NCBI GenBank assembly: GCA_963681965.1
Contig: OY820579.1
Coordinates: forward strand, 2,784,001 to 2,848,000
Direction of reading: 5' to 3'
Length of the DNA stretch: 64,000 nucleotides
From: a bacterium
GTDB lineage: Bacteria; Electryoneota; JAOADG01
The notes under the pieces are model-generated. The model was not told the origin of the DNA. It saw only the letters and a program-made list of their open reading frames with translations, and searched no databases. Made by a program: the position numbers and the translations under genes. Below are positions 60,039 through 64,000 of this stretch, in pieces; positions within the stretch are counted from its first letter, which is position 1; the number at the start of each line of letters is the position of its first letter.

Positions 60039-60926
60039 ATGATTCCGCAATCTCAATCCCGATCCATTCTCAACACAATACTTATCCTCTTCGCAATAGC
60101 GATCCTTGCGACCGCTGCATTGGCACAACCTGGCTGAGAGTGGCAGAATCCATTGCCGCAAGGGAATCATCTTCTCTCAGTTAAATTTGTAAATGACCAC
60201 GAGGGGTGGGCAGTAGGCTACAACGGTACAATTATGCATTCTACTAACGATGGTGAATCTTGGCTGACCCAGTCCAGTGGAACGACGAATCAGCTTTATT
60301 CAGTAAACTTCATCGACGCCACTACCGGCTGGGCAGTGGGCGACATCGGAACCATTTTACACACCACTAATGGTGGTGAATCTTGGCTCAATCAAATCAG
60401 TGGAGCGTCTGATTATCTCTATTCAGTAGCCTTCATCAATGCTTCGACCGGCTGGGCAGTGGGATGGTATGGAACGATTTTTCACACTACCAACGGTGGT
60501 GAATCTTGGATCATCCAGCCCAGTGGAACGAATTATTATCTGAATTCAGTTACTTTTACTGACGCCAATAATGGTTGGATCGTAGGTGGTTATGGCACGA
60601 TCCTCCACACCTCCACCGGCGGCACGACCTGGGCACCGGACGAGCGCACCAACAATCTTCCAAAAGGATTTTCGCTCGAGAATAATTATCCCAATCCCTT
60701 CAATTCCCGCACGACCCTCTTCTTCTCGTTACCGCGAGCGGGACGCGCGAAACTGACCGTCTACGATCTACTCGGCCGGAACGTCGCTACCGTGTTTGAC
60801 GGCTACCAGCCTGCCGGTGAGCAGCACATTCCGTTCGATGCGAAATCGCTTGCATCTGGGATCTATCTCTACCGACTGCATTCCGGTTCGCACAGCGAAA
60901 CCCGAAAGTTTACCGTAATTCGCTGA
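60039..60926 (+). pseudogene. Secreted YCF48/BNR-repeat protein with C-terminal sorting domain, interrupted by an in-frame TGA at 60135-60137
   Basis: ATG 60039 opens a signal peptide (MIPQSQSRSILNTILILFAIAILATAALAQPG*EWQNPLPQGN) in frame with ORF 60153-60926; 123-bp repeat period; NNYPNPFN. Confidence 0.8.
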
Positions 60927-60976
60927 TAATTGGGGAGGATCCCCAAGAAACAACAAATCAAAATACAGGATACACG

Positions 60977-61010
60977 AAAAAAAAAAGGGGGCGAATGCGA
61001 TTCGCCCCTA
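60977..61010 (-). terminator. Intrinsic terminator with a REP-like stem
   Basis: Minus strand: ggggcgaat-cgc-attcgcccc followed by a T10 tract; stem resembles the palindrome at 59824-59850. Confidence 0.8.
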
Positions 61011-61036
61011 AAAGTCAAAGTACTGAATATTATAAT

Positions 61037-61071
61037 CTAAGAACCAAGAACTTAGCACTAAGAACCAATTA
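61037..61071. repeat. Degenerate heptamer tandem repeat
   Basis: ctaagaa ccaagaa cttagca ctaagaa ccaatta. Confidence 0.65.
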
Positions 61072-61335
61072 CTAATCCTTCCAATTCCACCATTTGAGCT
61101 TATCAGGATTGTGGTGTTTGTGTGCGGCGAAATAGACTGCGCAACGGAAGACATAGAGCAGACAGCGGTCCTGATAAGCACCTCGCAGTGCAATTAAATC
61201 GTCATACATTTTCTGTGGATCTTTACCGATGAGATCAGAGACGTGATGGATTCCCAAATCGATCAGATCCTTCTTAATCGATTTTCCAACACCGGGGATG
61301 ACAAGCAGGTCTTCTGGATCGATGAATTTAGTCAA
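61072..61335 (-). CDS. Small helix-hairpin-helix protein (Cdd1/pathogenicity-locus family)
   Basis: IPGVGKSIKKDL..LGI, DRCLLYVFRCAVY, KWWNWKD. Confidence 0.85.
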   Translation of the reverse strand: MTKFIDPEDLLVIPGVGKSIKKDLIDLGIHHVSDLIGKDPQKMYDDLIALRGAYQDRCLLYVFRCAVYFAAHKHHNPDKLKWWNWKD

Positions 61336-61395
61336 GGTATTCTCATCACTTAGTAATTATACATAATATTCATTATACGACTTAAGGTGTGATAG

Positions 61396-62175
61396 CTAAT
61401 CCAGGATCAAATATTCTAAAATGCTGCCTTGCACCCAGCCAACCCGTCCATCTGAAAGTCTGACTTCTTGCCATCGTCCAAAAGTGTTGAGTGGTTTCAC
61501 TTCAGTCCCAGTGGAGATTGATCCAATTTCTTTCGAACTAAAATCTGGTTTTTGGAACAGCGATACGCCGGACTCAGTTACAAAAGCGACTTGGTTTGTG
61601 ATGCTATTATAGCGCCAGATAGAAGTCAACAAACCGACGAACAAGATGACAACACCGATTGACAAAAAGGTGTAGTGGTGGACCATTGAAAGCGACTTAT
61701 TCACCGGGTGAGATTTGAAGTACCACCATGAAAATACGATAATTATACCTAAATTAATGAGTATTGCATACAACCATATCGGAACAGTTAATAACAGGTT
61801 TCGCAGAAACTTGAATAAAGCAATTTCGGGAATTCCTTCCACCCGATTGGTGACTTTCTGCTGTAACCACTCCAGTAATTGTCGGTTTTCAGTGGTCGGT
61901 GCCAATCGAAAAGCGGCTGTAGCGGCTCTAATCGCACTTCCCAGCGAGTCATCGCCAAACGAATTCCACATCGCGATGCTATAAAGCGACCATTCACCAG
62001 GAGTTGCAACACCACTCGCGACATGTTGCTTTAAGAGAGCCACTGCACCCATTGTATTTTTCTGCGATAATAACTTATGCGCTTCATTAAACTCTGAATT
62101 ACTAGCAATGGCTAAGCCATAAGTGCACAGATAAATCAAAGATAAGTAAACGATAGCGAATTTCTTGGAAAACAT
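61396..62175 (-). CDS. BatE-like protein (TPR-like, two TMs, SH3)
   Basis: C-terminal GTEV...WQEVRLSDGRVGWV SH3; directly downstream of batD. Confidence 0.7.
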   Translation of the reverse strand: MFSKKFAIVYLSLIYLCTYGLAIASNSEFNEAHKLLSQKNTMGAVALLKQHVASGVATPGEWSLYSIAMWNSFGDDSLGSAIRAATAAFRLAPTTENRQLLEWLQQKVTNRVEGIPEIALFKFLRNLLLTVPIWLYAILINLGIIIVFSWWYFKSHPVNKSLSMVHHYTFLSIGVVILFVGLLTSIWRYNSITNQVAFVTESGVSLFQKPDFSSKEIGSISTGTEVKPLNTFGRWQEVRLSDGRVGWVQGSILEYLILD

Positions 62176-63950
62176 CAGTTCTTCTCCTGAATTAACGTAA
62201 GTGCTGATTTTTTCCACTCTGCGATCGCATCTTCCATTAAACTAGCCGGTTGATATCGCAATTCACGCAGATTTTGCCACAGTTCCATCCATTTCGATGC
62301 AATCGGATCAGTTAGTGCCGCAAGTTGATCGGGATGCGTGATCTTTCCGGAAGGATGTTTGAACGTTGTTGACAGATATTCACTTAAGATATGCTCAATA
62401 TCTTCAGACTCTACTTCAGTAGATGCTGTAAAAGTATTGATTTTATCAAACAATCGTTTTTTGACTCCACGATATTGCGACCGTTCTTGAGAAGTCTTAC
62501 CGGATTTTATCCGGATCCACCCCATCCCCAACAACCCGACGATTGTTAGTACGATTGCGAGATACCAGCCCATTCGCAGCCAAAACAAGGGTCGATCGGT
62601 GCGCTCGATCATGGGTACAGGTAGTTGATCCTGTCCATTAAAAATCGTACTGGGTTGGCGAGGTGCATACATCATCGTCTGACCATTCGCTGCCCCTTCA
62701 GCCGTCAACCAGAGTGTGTCCGCCAACAGTTTTCGATAGGTTTGGGTACTCGGATCGAAGGAATTGATCGATTGAAAGACTAAGGCAAACCGACCGGGTG
62801 AACGAGGAATCACCGGATACCGAATTTCCTTCCGGATCTGCTCCCCATCTCCAAAGGTCTTGCTCTGTGCGGGATACGACTCAAGGCTACCCGGAACAGT
62901 TAACTCGGGTATCGGAAGATTCTTTAACTGACTCCCCCCCTTGATATTGACCAGAACGGTAGCTGCTTGGTGGACTGGAACGGATTGCGGTGAAATGGAT
63001 GCAGTCGCTTGAAAATTGCCGACCCAAGCATCGATACTCTTACCACCACCAGGAAGTGGTTTCGCAGTAATAGTCACTTTCTGCGATTTTACTGATTGCG
63101 GAACAATCGTAGCATCACCGAAGGGGTTGCCAAACGCACTAAAAGGATCGTTAAAGATCGAGAATGGGTCGTTATTACGGCGTCGAACTTGCTGAACAAC
63201 TTCGATTTGAGCTTCTAAGGGGGGTACCTCGATCGTACCGGCTCGGGTCGGTGTGATCCAAACATCCATCACGACGGCAGAATTCACCGGTCGACCATTG
63301 CGTTCCGTCCGTTCGACTTTATACTCTCGAATTTCGCGCGCATTTTCCATACTGTAGCCACTCCCTTGCGGAAGTTGGGTAATTTGGAGATTTCGCGCCG
63401 ATTGAAAGAAAATGCGGTACACGACATGAATGCGTTCCCCGACAAACACTGTTTTATCGGAAGTCGAGGCTTCGATCCACGCTTGCGCTGAAGAAGCTTG
63501 CTGCGGCTGTCTAGCTTGAGGTTGCCCTCTACTCTGACTTCCGGTATTTGGGGTGGAAGAGACCGGTACATCGACAACTTCAATGGTCGCTGCTGTAGAC
63601 ACAATTTGCTGTCCACCGGCATCGGATGAGGCAGTGGGAAGCGTATATGTCCCGGGTTTAGCAGGTGCTCGCAACACGTAAACCAACTCTACCGAATTGG
63701 AAACTTGACCATTGACGATCGAAAATTGAGTAGAAGTGGATGGACCACCTACTAATTGGAATTGCCCTAAATTTACCTTGGGATTTTTTGAAGTTCCCGA
63801 TAAGGAAACACGCCATTCGAAGACGCCGTTTGGCTCGATTTGCTGTGTCGAAGCCTCGGCACGAATCGATGCCGCAAACGCAATATCAGCGAAACCACCG
63901 ATCCATAATCCTAGTAAACCGAAAAGAATCAATGATCGCAATCGCGACAT
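62175..63950 (-). CDS. batD: BatD family protein
   Basis: GPSTSTQFSIVNGQV, VFVGE, VGNF, IPR.PG.F, FDP....Y, C-terminal TM. Confidence 0.85.
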   Translation of the reverse strand: MSRLRSLILFGLLGLWIGGFADIAFAASIRAEASTQQIEPNGVFEWRVSLSGTSKNPKVNLGQFQLVGGPSTSTQFSIVNGQVSNSVELVYVLRAPAKPGTYTLPTASSDAGGQQIVSTAATIEVVDVPVSSTPNTGSQSRGQPQARQPQQASSAQAWIEASTSDKTVFVGERIHVVYRIFFQSARNLQITQLPQGSGYSMENAREIREYKVERTERNGRPVNSAVVMDVWITPTRAGTIEVPPLEAQIEVVQQVRRRNNDPFSIFNDPFSAFGNPFGDATIVPQSVKSQKVTITAKPLPGGGKSIDAWVGNFQATASISPQSVPVHQAATVLVNIKGGSQLKNLPIPELTVPGSLESYPAQSKTFGDGEQIRKEIRYPVIPRSPGRFALVFQSINSFDPSTQTYRKLLADTLWLTAEGAANGQTMMYAPRQPSTIFNGQDQLPVPMIERTDRPLFWLRMGWYLAIVLTIVGLLGMGWIRIKSGKTSQERSQYRGVKKRLFDKINTFTASTEVESEDIEHILSEYLSTTFKHPSGKITHPDQLAALTDPIASKWMELWQNLRELRYQPASLMEDAIAEWKKSALTLIQEKN

Positions 63951-63953
63951 AGG

Positions 63954-64000
63954 TTACCAATCCTTCCCGGACGATGCACCACCTTGATCACCCTGGTTCC
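63954..64000 (-). CDS. 3' end of a probable BatC-like TPR protein (partial)
   Basis: Reads NQGDQGGASSGKDW*, a KDW terminus typical of BatC, just upstream of batD. Confidence 0.55.
   Translation of the reverse strand, partial: NQGDQGGASSGKDW

Noticed and set aside
60135-60137. Alternative genetic code or selenocysteine
   Set aside because: TGA ends many genes here (acsA, purC, smc), Trp is TGG elsewhere, and the context fits Trp rather than Cys
59677-60170. ORFs 59677-59946 (+) and 59751-60170 (-)
   Set aside because: They run through palindromic repeats and a promoter and have no protein motifs; likely spurious
1-64000. Numerous short ORFs antisense to or overlapping identified genes
   Set aside because: Shadow frames of well-supported genes, without motifs or independent support

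Overview
64-kb bacterial chromosomal window, mostly housekeeping genes. Five secreted proteins ending in a (N)YPNPFN C-terminal sorting/FlgD-Ig-like domain, a Bat operon, lapAB, a GWxTD protein and psd-pssA-purS-purQ synteny suggest an FCB-superphylum diderm (inference only). Contents in order: a C26 glutamine amidotransferase; mannose-family PTS IIC/IID-HPr-EI; bstA; two divergent kbl paralogues, one in an acetyl-CoA synthetase-like + stand-alone ACP + Kbl operon; a 1250-bp IS3 with a 4-bp target duplication inside a DUF2971 pseudogene; motAB; an Fe-S maturation module; truA, transaldolase, htrA, purBC, psd, pssA, purSQ, gatAB, a divergent smc, natAB, a secreted Zn protease-HD-GYP-dnaJ-NYN cluster, lon/hsp20, rpmB, lapAB, miaB and batCDE. 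Best candidate for an undescribed system: the AcsA-ACP-Kbl operon. Also notable are two intergenic mosaics of GTAG-type REP and nested palindromic elements, and a secreted-protein gene broken by one in-frame TGA. No rRNA, tRNA or CRISPR array was recognised. All calls come from motif reading by eye; no database searches were run.
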